DNA from: Eledone cirrhosa
Lineage: Eukaryota
DNA length: 64,000 nucleotides
Direction of reading: 5' to 3'
Assembly: GCA_964016885.1 (NCBI GenBank)
Contig: OZ024741.1
Coordinates: forward strand, 364,932,001-364,996,000
Position 1 is the stretch's first letter. Each line of letters starts with the position of its first letter. Shown here in pieces: positions 25,041 to 38,375 of the stretch. The translations under genes were made by a program, and so were the position numbers. The notes beneath the pieces are model-generated. The model saw nothing but the letters and a program-made list of their open reading frames with translations. It was not told the DNA's origin and searched no databases.

Positions 25041-28000
25041 TGATCGAGTATCGAAAAATCGGCGCACGAGTTCACGATAAACAAAATTCGAAATGAGCGG
25101 CAGAGGGCTCAATAATTCAGATGAATCAGAGCTATAACTATCGTTAAAATACCGTCACACATAGAACAAGTCTAAAATCAACCATACGATAAAAAATCGA
25201 TAATAGAAGATTCGGGACAATCAGATAAAAAATATCAATAAATCAATAAATCAATAATTTAAATGAATGTAAAATCATACCCGGACCCACTAGAAAGGTG
25301 TTAAATCTAGCTTCTTGGGTTTCTGTAAATCCTTAGACTGTACTCTATCAGCTCACATATAAATATATAAGACTTCTGGAATAAGCGGACTGGAAATTTA
25401 CTTCATCAACGAGCTTCGTCCTAGCGGATAAGAGGCTAACTACAAGCAAAATACGCACATGGAATCCGGCAAGGGAGATAACCTCTACATCCGCGAAAAC
25501 TATTCGAGGAAATGTGGAAATACACATATCGAATAAAAGTGCTCAATAGACATGTTAAAATAAAACAGGAGCTATTCATCACTCAATAGAATCGACAAAA
25601 AATGAGCAATAAAATTAACTGGTGGATAGCTATGTCCAGAGCTAAAAATATTAGAATGATCGAGTATCGAAAAATCGGCGCACGAGTTCACGATAAACAA
25701 AATTCGAAATGAGCGGCAGAGGGCTCAATAATTCAGATGAATCAGAGCTATAACTATCGTTAAAATACCGTCACACATAAAACAAGTCTAAAATCAACCA
25801 TACGATAAAAAAATCGATAATAGAAGATTCGGGACAATCAGATAAAAAATATCAATAAATCAATAAATCAATAATTTAAATGAATGTAAAATCATACCCG
25901 GACCCACTAGAAAGGTGTTAAATCTAGCTTCTTGGGTTTCTGTAAATCCTTAGACTGTACTCTATCAGCTCACATATAAATATATAAGACTTCTGGAATA
26001 AGCGGACTGGAAATTTACTTCATCAACGAGCTTCGTCCTAGCGGATAAGAGGCTAACTACAAGCAAAATACGCACATGGAATCCGGCAAGGGAGATAACC
26101 TCTACATCCGCGAAAACTATTCGAGGAAATGTGGAAATACACATATCGAATAAAAGTGCTCAATAGACATGTTAAAATAAAACAGGAGCTATTCATCACT
26201 CAATAGAATCGACAAAAAATGAGCAATAAAATTAACTGGTGGATAGCTATGTCCAGAGCTAAAAATATTAGAATGATCGAGTATCGAAAAATCGGCGCAC
26301 GAGTTCACGATAAACAAAATTCGAAATGAGCGGCAGAGGGCTCAATAATTCAGATGAATCAGAGCTATAACTATCGTTAAAATACCGTCACACATTGAAC
26401 AAGTCTAAAATCAACCATACGATAAAAAAATCGATAATAGAAGATTCGGGACAATCAGATAAAAAATATCAATAAATCAATAAATCAATAATTTAAATGA
26501 ATGTAAAATCATACCCGGACCCACTAGAAAGGTGTTAAATCTAGCTTCTTGGGTTTCTGTAAATCCTTAGACTGTACTCTATCAGCTCACATATAAATAT
26601 ATAAGACTTCTGGAATAAGCGGACTGGAAATTTACTTCATCAACGAGCTTCGTCCTAGCGGATAAGAGGCTAACTACAAGCAAAATACGCACATGGAATC
26701 CGGCAAGGGAGATAACCTCTACATCCGCGAAAACTATTCGAGGAAATGTGGAAATACACATATCGAATAAAAGTGCTCAATAGACATGTTAAAATAAAAC
26801 AGGAGCTATTCATCACTCAATAGAATCGACAAAAAATGAGCAATAAAATTAACTGGTGGATAGCTATGTCCAGAGCTAAAAATATTAGAATGATCGAGTA
26901 TCGAAAAATCGGCGCACGAGTTCACGATAAACAAAATTCGAAATGAGCGGCAGAGGGCTCAATAATTCAGATGAATCAGAGCTATAACTATCGTTAAAAT
27001 ACCGTCACACATAAAACAAGTCTAAAATCAACCATACGATAAAAAAATCGATAATAGAAGATTCGGGACAATCAGATAAAAAATATCAATAAATCAATAA
27101 ATCAATAATTTAAATGAATGTAAAATCATACCCGGACCCATTAGAAAGGTGTTAAATCTAGCTTCTTGGGTTTCTGTAAATCCTTAGACTGTACTCTATC
27201 AGCTCACATATAAATATATAAGACTTCTGGAATAAGCGGACTGGAAATTTACTTCATCAACGAGCTTCGTCCTAGCGGATAAGAGGCTAACTACAAGCAA
27301 AATACGCACATGGAATCCGGCAAGGGAGATAACCTCTACATCCGCGAAAACTATTCGAGGAAATGTGGAAATACACATATCGAATAAAAGTGCTCAATAG
27401 ACATGTTAAAATAAAACAGGAGCTATTCATCACTCAATAGAATCGACAAAAAATGAGCAATAAAATTAACTGGTGGATAGCTATGTCCAGAGCTAAAAAT
27501 ATTAGAATGATCGAGTATCGAAAAATCGGCGCACGAGTTCACGATAAACAAAATTCGAAATGAGCGGCAGAGGGCTCAATAATTCAGATGAATCAGAGCT
27601 ATAACTATCGTTAAAATACCGTCACACATTGAACAAGTCTAAAATCAACCATACGATAAAAAAATCGATAATAGAAGATTCGGGACAATCAGATAAAAAA
27701 TATCAATAAATCAATAAATCAATAATTTAAATGAATGTAAAATCATACCCGGACCCACTAGAAAGGTGTTAAATCTAGCTTCTTGGGTTTCTGTAAATCC
27801 TTAGACTGTACTCTATCAGCTCACATATAAATATATAAGACTTCTGGAATAAGCGGACTGGAAATTTACTTCATCAACGAGCTTCGTCCTAGCGGATAAG
27901 AGGCTAACTACAAGCAAAATACGCACATGGAATCCGGCAAGGGAGATAACCTCTACATCCGCGAAAACTATTCGAGGAAATGTGGAAATACACATATCGA

Positions 28001-30406
28001 ATAAAAGTGCTCAATAGACATGTTAAAATAAAACAGGAGCTATTCATCACTCAATAGAATCGACAAAAAATGAGCAATAAAATTAACTGGTGGATAGCTA
28101 TGTCCAGAGCTAAAAATATTAGAATGATCGAGTATCGAAAAATCGGCGCACGAGTTCACGATAAACAAAATTCGAAATGAGCGGCAGAGGGCTCAATAAT
28201 TCAGATGAATCAGAGCTATAACTATCGTTAAAATACCGTCACACATAAAACAAGTCTAAAATCAACCATACGATAAAAAAATCGATAATAGAAGATTCGG
28301 GACAATCAGATAAAAAATATCAATAAATCAATAAATCAATAATTTAAATGAATGTAAAATCATACCCGGACCCACTAGAAAGGTGTTAAATCTAGCTTCT
28401 TGGGTTTCTGTAAATCCTTAGACTGTACTCTATCAGCTCACATATAAATATATAAGACTTCTGGAATAAGCGGACTGGAAATTTACTTCATCAACGAGCT
28501 TCGTCCTAGCGGATAAGAGGCTAACTACAAGCAAAATACGCACATGGAATCCGGCAAGGGAGATAACCTCTACATCCGCGAAAACTATTCGAGGAAATGT
28601 GGAAATACACATATCGAATAAAAGTGCTCAATAGACATGTTAAAATAAAACAGGAGCTATTCATCACTCAATAGAATCGACAAAAAATGAGCAATAAAAT
28701 TAACTGGTGGATAGCTATGTCCAGAGCTAAAAATATTAGAATGATCGAGTATCGAAAAATCGGCGCACGAGTTCACGATAAACAAAATTCGAAATGAGCG
28801 GCAGAGGGCTCAATAATTCAGATGAATCAGAGCTATAACTATCGTTAAAATACCGTCACACATTGAACAAGTCTAAAATCAACCATACGATAAAAAAATC
28901 GATAATAGAAGATTCGGGACAATCAGATAAAAAATATCAATAAATCAATAAATCAATAATTTAAATGAATGTAAAATCATACCCGGACCCACTAGAAAGG
29001 TGTTAAATCTAGCTTCTTGGGTTTCTGTAAATCCTTAGACTGTACTCTATCAGCTCACATATAAATATATAAGACTTCTGGAATAAGCGGACTGGAAATT
29101 TACTTCATCAACGAGCTTCGTCCTAGCGGATAAGAGGCTAACTACAAGCAAAATACGCACATGGAATCCGGCAAGGGAGATAACCTCTACATCCGCGAAA
29201 ACTATTCGAGGAAATGTGGAAATACACATATCGAATAAAAGTGCTCAATAGACATGTTAAAATAAAACAGGAGCTATTCATCACTCAATAGAATCGACAA
29301 AAAATGAGCAATAAAATTAACTGGTGGATAGCTATGTCCAGAGCTAAAAATATTAGAATGATCGAGTATCGAAAAATCGGCGCACGAGTTCACGATAAAC
29401 AAAATTCGAAATGAGCGGCAGAGGGCTCAATAATTCAGATGAATCAGAGCTATAACTATCGTTAAAATACCGTCACACATAAAACAAGTCTAAAATCAAC
29501 CATACGATAAAAAAATCGATAATAGAAGATTCGGGACAATCAGATAAAAAATATCAATAAATCAATAAATCAATAATTTAAATGAATGTAAAATCATACC
29601 CGGACCCATTAGAAAGGTGTTAAATCTAGCTTCTTGGGTTTCTGTAAATCCTTAGACTGTACTCTATCAGCTCACATATAAATATATAAGACTTCTGGAA
29701 TAAGCGGACTGGAAATTTACTTCATCAACGAGCTTCGTCCTAGCGGATAAGAGGCTAACTACAAGCAAAATACGCACATGGAATCCGGCAAGGGAGATAA
29801 CCTCTACATCCGCGAAAACTATTCGAGGAAATGTGGAAATACACATATCGAATAAAAGTGCTCAATAGACATGTTAAAATAAAACAGGAGCTATTCATCA
29901 CTCAATAGAATCGACAAAAAATGAGCAATAAAATTAACTGGTGGATAGCTATGTCCAGAGCTAAAAATATTAGAATGATCGAGTATCGAAAAATCGGCGC
30001 ACGAGTTCACGATAAACAAAATTCGAAATGAGCGGCAGAGGGCTCAATAATTCAGATGAATCAGAGCTATAACTATCGTTAAAATACCGTCACACATAAA
30101 ACAAGTCTAAAATTAACCATACGATAAAAAAATCGATAATAGAAGATTCGGGACAATCAGATAAAAAATATCAATAAATCAATAAATCAATAATTTAAAT
30201 GAATGTAAAATCATACCCGGACCCACTAGAAAGGTGTTAAATCTAGCTTTTTGGGTTTCTGTAAATCCTTAGACTGTACTCTATCAGCTCACATATAAAT
30301 ATATAAGACTTCTGGAATAAGAGGACTGGAAATTTACTTCATCAACGAGCTTCGTCCTAGCGGATAAGAGGCTAACTACAAGCAAAATACGCACATGGAA
30401 TCCGGC
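25033..30406. repeat. Tandem array, 8.7 copies of a 617 bp unit
   Basis: Unit starts at 25033, 25649, 26266, 26883, 27500, 28117, 28734, 29351, 29968; copies differ at only a few sites. Confidence 0.98.
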
Positions 30407-30725
30407 GTTGACTTGTTCTTCTTTTTGGTAAATATCATCTTTGTTAAGAGAGTGGGACTGGCTTTGTGCAGTGCCTTTGCTCACTATAAAAGCTTCACGG
30501 CACAGGCATTGCTTTATATCTGGAGATCTCTCTGCACTTGTCGTCACATGGTACCATGGGCCCAGCACTATGTGTCAATAATTGTCACAAGTGTAGTGTT
30601 CGTACCAGAGTTTTCAAGTCACTGGCTGGACTAAAAAGGCACACTCGTTCAGCGCATCGGTAGGGGGTTCTCCTACATGGATATAAAGTAGTGGCCCTAC
30701 TCGAAAACGAGTTGGCAGCCACCAT
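30407..30725 (+). mobile_element. RTE-like 3' end fused directly to the array, followed by (TATG)n
   Basis: Near-identical to 35652-35965. Confidence 0.8.
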
Positions 30726-31120
30726 GTATGTATGTATGTATGTATGTATGTATGTTTGTATGTATGTATGTATGTTTGTGTATGTATGTATTATGTAATT
30801 ATGTATGTATGTATGGATGGATGTGTGTGTGTATGTGTGTGTATGAATATATGTATGTATGTAACTATGAATGTATGTTTGTATGTATATATATAATTAT
30901 GTATGTATGTATGTTTGTATGTATGTGTATGTATGTATTATGTAATTATGTATATATGGATGCGCGTGTGTATGTATGTGTGTATGTATGTATGTATGTA
31001 TGTATGTATGTATGTATGTATGTATGTATGTATGTATGTGTGTATGTATATATGTGTATGTATGTGTGTGTGTATGAATATAAGTATGTATATATGTGTG
31101 TATGTATGTGTGTATATATG

Positions 31121-34100
31121 TTATCTCTTTCTCTTAATTTCGAGTATATTTTTTTGACCGGCCACCTTCCTGGCGGCAAGGTTGTAAAAGAAAAGAAATT
31201 GTCATCCCTTGAATCGCAAGAATGTTTTGCAAATTTTGACGGTGCCAGCTATCGCAGCCATTTGTAGACTATGAATTAGGGAGCTGCGCTTTTTGTCCGC
31301 AAGTTCAGTCATACTTTGGTCCAAGCGGGTTGGTATATAACGCGTAGCTCCAATAATGATGGGTATGAAGTTAAAGGTGTATCTTGGATACTGGATTTGT
31401 AAACTCCTCATCAATGGTCCGTAGATGTCCTCCTTCTCCTGTATTTTTCTGACAACGTTTACATCAAGTGGGAAATCTGATCTCCACAACAGAACACGTT
31501 TTCAATGTGTGGTCCCAAACAACAATATCAGGCCGGTTGTGCTTTAATTTGGTGGCAGTTTATATTTTAAGGTTCCACCAGTATTCCTTAGTGTCATCTG
31601 TCTCAATATATTCTTCCTCGTTTGTTGTTAATTTTGTTTTCCGAAGTGCGTTCCCGATGGTTCTAGCTATCCCATCGTCTCTCATGGGGAAGTAGTAGCG
31701 AGATGACATTCTTTCGCAGCTGGCAACAATGTGGCTTACATCCTCGATCTTTGTTTTATATAGCCTACACTTATTCTCAGCTGCTGGCTCTCCCCATTTG
31801 TGCAGCATATATTTGGTAGGGAGTTCTTGTTCCTGTATTGCATAGAGATATCCCTCAAGGTGTGATGTCATAAACTCGTCGGAACTCCATGCCAGGCTTT
31901 TTGAGTGGTTTATTCCCTCTATGGTCTGTGTTTTACGTCTCAAGTATCCATGCACAACTTTTTCTGTAAATTGGTCAATTTTTTCATCTTGTTTGAACAT
32001 TGAATAGGATCTTCCGATTTCTCTGAGTGAGAGATTTATATCAGGCTTTATTCCATATCTCTCCTCCAGATCAGTCGCTATTCTAATGATTTTTGTTTTC
32101 ATGCTCATAAACCTGGGCAAGATGGTTGCCAACCTTTTTCCTCTGTTGAAGGTGTTGCTTCAGTGTTACTATCCGGGTCTCATATGTTGTTAATATGGAT
32201 TTTAGACCCCGGCCATCTTCCTTGCGTGAGAAGTATAGCCTATCCACATCACCATTTATGTTAAAGTTCCCAGTAACACTGAGAAGTTTGCGAGTTCTAA
32301 CATCCATCTCACTTAGTTCTTGCAATGACCAGTTCAGCAGGCCAAATGTTGGCGTTAGAATTGGCACAGCATAAGTATTGTGGGCAATGTATTTGTTGTA
32401 CGCTGACAATTCTAATGACCATATTTTCTTTACTCTTCTGAGGTATTCAGTTCTGGTTCTCTCCTTATTTATGGGTCCATCATATCTGACATTCTCATCC
32501 TGTCCAAGATATCTGTAGTTGTCACCTGACTGTAGAGGTTGTATTGTCAGGCCGTTCATCACTAGATTTCTAGAGGAGAGCACAGCTCTTCCACGTTTTA
32601 CTGCCAAATATGCACACTTGGACTCACCAAATTTCATTTTGATGTCTGTTGAAAATTGTGTAATGAGGTCCAATTGTTTCTTGATGTCATTGATATTTGG
32701 CCCATACAACTTCAGGTCATCAACAAAGAAAAGATGGGAGATACTTCTGGACCCACGTCTTTGTCCACCTTGTTTCCTGAGTAGGTAAGATAGTGGATTT
32801 AGTGAGAGAACGGAGAGTAGCACTGACAAGCTATCATCCTGAAAGATGCCCTTCTGGTAATGTATCTTATCAGTCTTAACTTGCTCCTTCTCATGTCTAA
32901 GGATCAAACTGGTGTACCAGTTCTTGGTCAGGCGTTCAACAGCAGCTACCAATGGTTGTGGGACTTTGGCTAACTGTAAAGCCTTAATAATCCACCCATG
33001 AGGTACACTATCAAATGCTTTTTGATAGTCCAGCCACACCACAGTCATGTTTCTGCGATTCTTTGTTGTTTTTTCCTGAATCATTTTATTAGTTAGTAGG
33101 TGATCTATGCAACCCCACACCTCCCTATTTCCACCAGCTTGCCCAGGTGTTATGATGTTGTTGGTAGCACAGTGATCCTGTAAGAACAGGTTAAGGCACA
33201 TAGTATATAATTTATACATGATGTTTTGGCAGGCTATTGGGCGGTAATTTTAGCAAGGGTGGTTTGGCTATTTTGGGGAATGAGGAGAGTAGTGGCAGTT
33301 GATAACCATCTCGGCAGTTCTTGTGTGCCTTTAATGGTTTCTGTAAACAGCCGTATGAGATCTTGCCGATAGAAAGTGAAATTCTTCAACCAGTATCCTG
33401 TAATGACGTCTGGGCCTGGTGATTTCCTATTCGACATTTTCTGTAGAGCTGTTTCCAGTATGTCATATTGTTTTTTCTGGACATGTTGGCAGTAGTCCTG
33501 TTCCAGTTCTTTTAGCCAATTAGTTTGTCTGTTGAATCCGTCATCTGTTTCCCATACAGGTCTCCAGTAGCTCTCAACCTGTTCTTTTGAAGGGGTGTCA
33601 TTTACAGGGATTGAGCTTTTGCCACCGAAGCTGCGATAAACTGATTTAGGATCTCTGGCAAACAATGTATTTAGCACTTGTCGTTTATGTGTTGTTGACT
33701 TATATTTTAGTATTTCTGTTGTAGCAGTGAGCTGTTGTTTCAACTGGTGTAATTTGGAGTTCAAAGTTTTAAATTTTGTATCTCCAAATCGTCTCTCTAA
33801 CTTTTCTTTTAGGTCTTCCTGGTGTCGTGTGAAGTTGCTCTCTATGTTGCATTTCATAACGACTGCGATGTATGAGATACTTCGTCTCAGGGACAAAACT
33901 TTTGCTTTTTAAATTTCGCATCCACGCTGGTTCAGGCTTTTTGTTTGTATCTTGATTGCGTGGTTTTAGATGTGTGTTATATGATAGCAATCTGACAGCT
34001 GAAACATATAACAAAATATTAAGCGTTTCAAATGTTGTTTCTACACCTTTAGATAATTGCCAGCTATTTCATTCACCGCTTCCAATTCCAATTTAGTGGG

Positions 34101-35317
34101 TTCTTTACTGATTCTGGTGTTGTATGGTCTGTCACTCACATTAAGGCTGTGTATCTCTTGAAACATATCGTCCCATATCACTTGTAAGGTGTCCACAAGT
34201 TTTTGGTGTTCTGTTTGTACAGTAGAGTCATGAATTTCAGCCTCGTTGTTGATGTGGTGACAATTACTACTAGAGTTAGCTGACCTTTCTCGCTGTTCTT
34301 CAGTGGAAGTGGGATGTATTTCAGCAAAATTGTTGGTGAGCTGTTCACTGTTAGATTTAGCTGGCCATTCTCTTTGTCTGTCAGTGGAGGTGGGGTGGTT
34401 GTCTACAAGGGCTGTATTTGTAGTATCACTCAATTCCGTTAGATGTATCAATTTACATCTAATGATACGTTTTGCCTGTTCATTTTAATGCTATGGAGAA
34501 AAGTCTAATTCTGGGTGTTTGGAGTTCCATAAAGTTTTTAGCCTTTGCATAAAACCGAACTTTTGGGGTTCAGATTGTTTGTATGCTTCATATAATTCTT
34601 TGTTAAGCTCGTAGCTCTACTGTATACAACGGTTGTAGTTGCGATTTGGTCGAAGGAGACTTGTATGTTTTGCCATGATGAGTTCGTCTATTCACTAATA
34701 TTTCGTATTTATTTTTCAAAATAGTCGATGATCTTCTTTAAAAGTTTCGACAAAGTTCTGTCAGAATCAAATTTAAAGTTATTCACAGATTGGGTAATAT
34801 TTCTTTTCAGTTAGTTTTTAATTCTACAACTGTGTTTTAAACGTTGTTCTTGAATCGTTTGAATCGAGAACAAAAAAACAAAACAAAAAAAAAACACCGT
34901 TACTTAGTATATTTCTTTATGAATGTAATATAATATAACAACGCTGTATTTATATGTTAAAGTTTATGTATCATTCATATAAATAGGTGTTCTACAAGTT
35001 ATTCACAGTTCAAACACTTATGTTTTTGTTTCTGAATCGAAAACGTTACATGTATATTTCTTTATAAATGCAATATAACAACGTTGCATTTATATGTTAA
35101 AGTGTATGTATCGTTCATATATCATAAGTGTATGTATCGTTCATATAAATAGGTGTTTTACAACACACTTACAGTTCAAACACTTATGTAGAATTATTGT
35201 ATGTAATCTTACCGCGTAATGTAGCTCAACTTTTTCCAATATATGGTATGTTGCCTTCATGTAAGCCGTAATTACACACGTCCGATTATCGGACACTGAC
35301 CACAACGGTCGCCATTG
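31121..35317 (-). mobile_element. Near-full-length R4/Dong-clade non-LTR retrotransposon (RT + CCHC + PD-(D/E)xK endonuclease) with frameshifts and stops
   Basis: ORF from ~34676 to 31202: N-terminal ELNKELYEAY..RLKTLWNSKHP, WLDYQKAFDSVPH, HLFFVDDLKLY, CRLYK..SHIVASC, HNRPDIVVWD, IPIIIGA; flanked by (TATG)n. Confidence 0.92.
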
Positions 35318-35367
35318 TATGTATGTATATATGTAAGTATGTATGTATGAATGTATGTATGAATATG

Positions 35368-35965
35368 TCAGGTCACCAGTTGGTGCTACTGGTAACATGT
35401 ATCCCAGTACAACCTGTTTCATGGTCGGGTCGTTGGCGACTAAACTGGCAACCCCACCAAGGTTTCTTGGTGAGGAGGGTGACTTTGGACATCCTGCAGG
35501 ACTAAAAACAAAACCTGTCAAAGGAGCTCTTAAGAGTCAATGGCCATCCAAAATCACCGGGAGAGATGACCCCTTAGCCTTTGTCAAGGCAGAATTCTAG
35601 GAGAAGGAAAACTCTGATATAACACCTGCAACCCTGATGGTATCCAATGATGTTGACTTGTTCTACTTTTTGGTAAATATCATCTTGGTTAAGAGAGTGG
35701 GACTGGCTCTGTGCAATGCCTTTGCTCACTATAAAAGCTTCATGGCACAGGCATTGCTTTATATCTGGAGATCTCTGCACTTGTCACATGGTACCATGGG
35801 CCCAGCACTATGTGTCAATAATTGTCACAAGTGTAGTGTTTGTACCAGAGTTATCAAGTCGCTGGCTGGACTCAAAAGTCACACTCGTTCAGCGCATCGG
35901 TAGGGGTTCTCCTACATGGATATAAAGTAGTGGCCGTACTCGAAAACGAGTTGGCAGCCACCATG
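35368..35965 (+). mobile_element. Bipartite non-autonomous RTE-derived element (5' UTR joined to 3' end)
   Basis: RTE-like 5' UTR motif ctaggagaaggaaaactctga; 3' C2H2 CHKCSVCTRVIKSLAGLKSHTRSAHR*; duplicated tatgtaagtatgtatgtatgaatgtatgtatgaatat on both sides (TSD-like). Confidence 0.7.
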
Positions 35966-36129
35966 TATGAATATATGTATGTATGTATATATATATGTAA
36001 GTATGTATGTATGAATGTATGTATGAATATATGTATGTATGTATATATATATGTATGTATGTATACATCTAGATATACGAATACATGAATGTATGTAAAT
36101 GTGGCAATGGATGTATGTATGCGTAGATT

Positions 36130-36545
36130 TCTTAAAGTCACAAGCGGTTAATCATATATAGGCTTTGTTGGAGTTTTCATCAATCCTATATCGGCTTTGT
36201 TGGAGTTTTCAACAATCCTATGTAGGCTTTGCTGGAGTTTCCAACAAAGCCTATATAGGATTAACCGCTTGTGACTTTAAGACTCGGCTCTACCAACACC
36301 GACATACATTCAGAAACCCAGCCCGGCGACATGCCACTACACTTTCGGGCTACATCTGGGACCGCCAAGATAATAACACCACATACCATCTTACTTGGAG
36401 CTTACTTTCCAGGGCTAACTCCTACACGGGACCACGCCGTCCGTGTAACTTATGTTCGGAGGAAACAATACAAATGCTGTTTACGAAGGACCAACTCCTA
36501 AACAAAAAAGACGAACTTGTAACCGCATGTAAACACCGATAGCGT
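36130..36545 (+). pseudogene. Penelope-like GIY-YIG endonuclease C-terminal fragment with inverted 5' junction
   Basis: YIGLTACDFKTRLYQH..LSGYIW..CNLCSEE..LLNKKDELVTACKH; 36130-36172 is inverted relative to 36240-36282. Confidence 0.85.
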
Positions 36546-36887
36546 AGGACTTACGGTGAATTAGCAGAGTCGTTGAACGTTGGATAGAATGCTTCATGGT
36601 ATTCGTATCAACTCTCTGTTCTCTGAGTTCAAATGCCGCCGAGGTCAACTTTACCTTTCAACCTTTTTGAGGTTGATAACAAAATACCAGTCTAATACTG
36701 GGGTCGATTATTCCTCTATATCTCTGTCTCATTTCCTTTCTCTCACTTTCTATCTTTCCCTGGAAGAAATCTTCTGTACTTAGGCCTGGAAAGGGATAGG
36801 CTCCGCTAGGCTTAAAATGACAAAGAAACACCGTATGTCAATATGGCGCCCCTACCACTCTATCAGGAGTTACGGGACCAAAGGAAA

Positions 36888-36952
<65 letters not shown>

Positions 36953-36954
<2 letters not shown>

Positions 36955-37105
36955 CGAAGGAAGTGTAGTAAGGAATTAGGTGGACCATAACGCACCAGAG
37001 TACTCAATACTTAGGGTAGTAGAGTGGGTAATAGGAAAATGTTCAAGGCTATTTCTGGTTCCTTCCAGAAATAGCCGTCGAAACGGCGTGAGCTCTGCCG
37101 TCGGG
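36953..37105. mobile_element. PLE pLTR fragment with half-hammerhead (same family as 2103-2232)
   Basis: Hairpin ggctatttctgg/ccagaaatagcc followed by GAAA-cggc..gccg-TC; the CTGAnGA strand is lost at an inversion junction. Confidence 0.6.
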
Positions 37106-37119
37106 GTGTTGAACATTTT

Positions 37120-37158
<39 letters not shown>

Positions 37159-37709
37159 CAAAAATTCCCAAGGATTTTAATTGAAGCATTTAATTGATTT
37201 TCGACCGTTTTGTTAGACTAACAAAAATATTCTATTCCTGTTAGAATAACTCCCCAGAATCGATCAAATACAAAATATTTATACCTTATATGTTCCAGTG
37301 AAGAAATAGAGCGAAAAACGTAAAAAATAGCATTTGTGTACTGTTGGCAAAATGTTAGAAATTATGGTAGCCTAAAAACGAAATTAAATGTTATTAGTGA
37401 TAAAAAATAAAATATAACATTTAGTAACTATAGATATTTTACGAACTACCACGAACTGATACATATATATATTAAACAGTAAAATAGAGCTAGATGTATA
37501 CAACTAGAACATATAAGTTCAATTACATTTAGTAATTAAAGTAACATAATTAATATTAATAGAATATGTTAAGAAAAACCAATAGAAATATATGGAAGCA
37601 TACAACGGTAATAACCATATCTATAATAAAGGGAAAATTTAGTGACTAAAAAATTGCTAACAACACTTATAAGTTATAGAGTAGATAGACTATATTTAGA
37701 ATAAAATAA

Positions 37710-37893
37710 TTGTTTCTACTTTTGGCACAAGGCCAGCTATTACCCCAGTGTATTACTGGTACTTTATTTTATCGACCCCGTAAGGTGAAAGGAAAAGTTA
37801 ACCTCGGCGGGATTTGAACTCAGATCATAAATGACTGTAATTCTATGCTGCAAAGCATGGCGTCCGACTCTCTACCGATACTGCCAATCCACC
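37710..37893 (-). mobile_element. SINE (family of 3047-3428); similar copies at 39413-39595, 39911-40098, 42086-42288, 51663-51849, 59940-60116
   Basis: Conserved core and B-box (ggatttgaactcag on the + strand). Confidence 0.85.
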
Positions 37894-37989
37894 ACCCTTA
37901 TAATGATTATAATATAGTGTATGTTGAAAAGTCTAACGAAACGGCCATAAATCAATTAAATGTTTTAATCAAAATCCTTACTAATTTTT

Positions 37990-38245
<256 letters not shown>

Positions 38246-38375
38246 CTATTAGATTGTAACACTGTGTCTGGAAAATTTACCTATTGAACTGTTTTTTTTA
38301 CCTACGTTGCTGTGGACTATAATATCACATTGAGCTTAAAAGTTTTTTTGCCTTATATCGTGTAAAGGTAATCGA

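Noticed and set aside
25385-25430. GLEIYFINELRPS peptide resembling a GIY-YIG C-terminus
   Set aside because: Only ~13 residues between stops, no upstream GIY-YIG motifs; probably chance
25430-25486. Twister-like gaggctaa...cctc
   Set aside because: Lacks the conserved L4 and pseudoknot nucleotides
25345-25590. Box C/D or SECIS-like motifs on the minus strand of the array unit (GTGATGA, TTGATGA, CTGA)
   Set aside because: Kink-turn and helix registers do not pair properly; no apical AA in SECIS geometry
25033-30406. 617 bp array as a CRISPR, rRNA/5S, tRNA or hammerhead retrozyme array
   Set aside because: No spacers, no recognisable RNA gene, and no CTGAnGA...GAAA core on either strand
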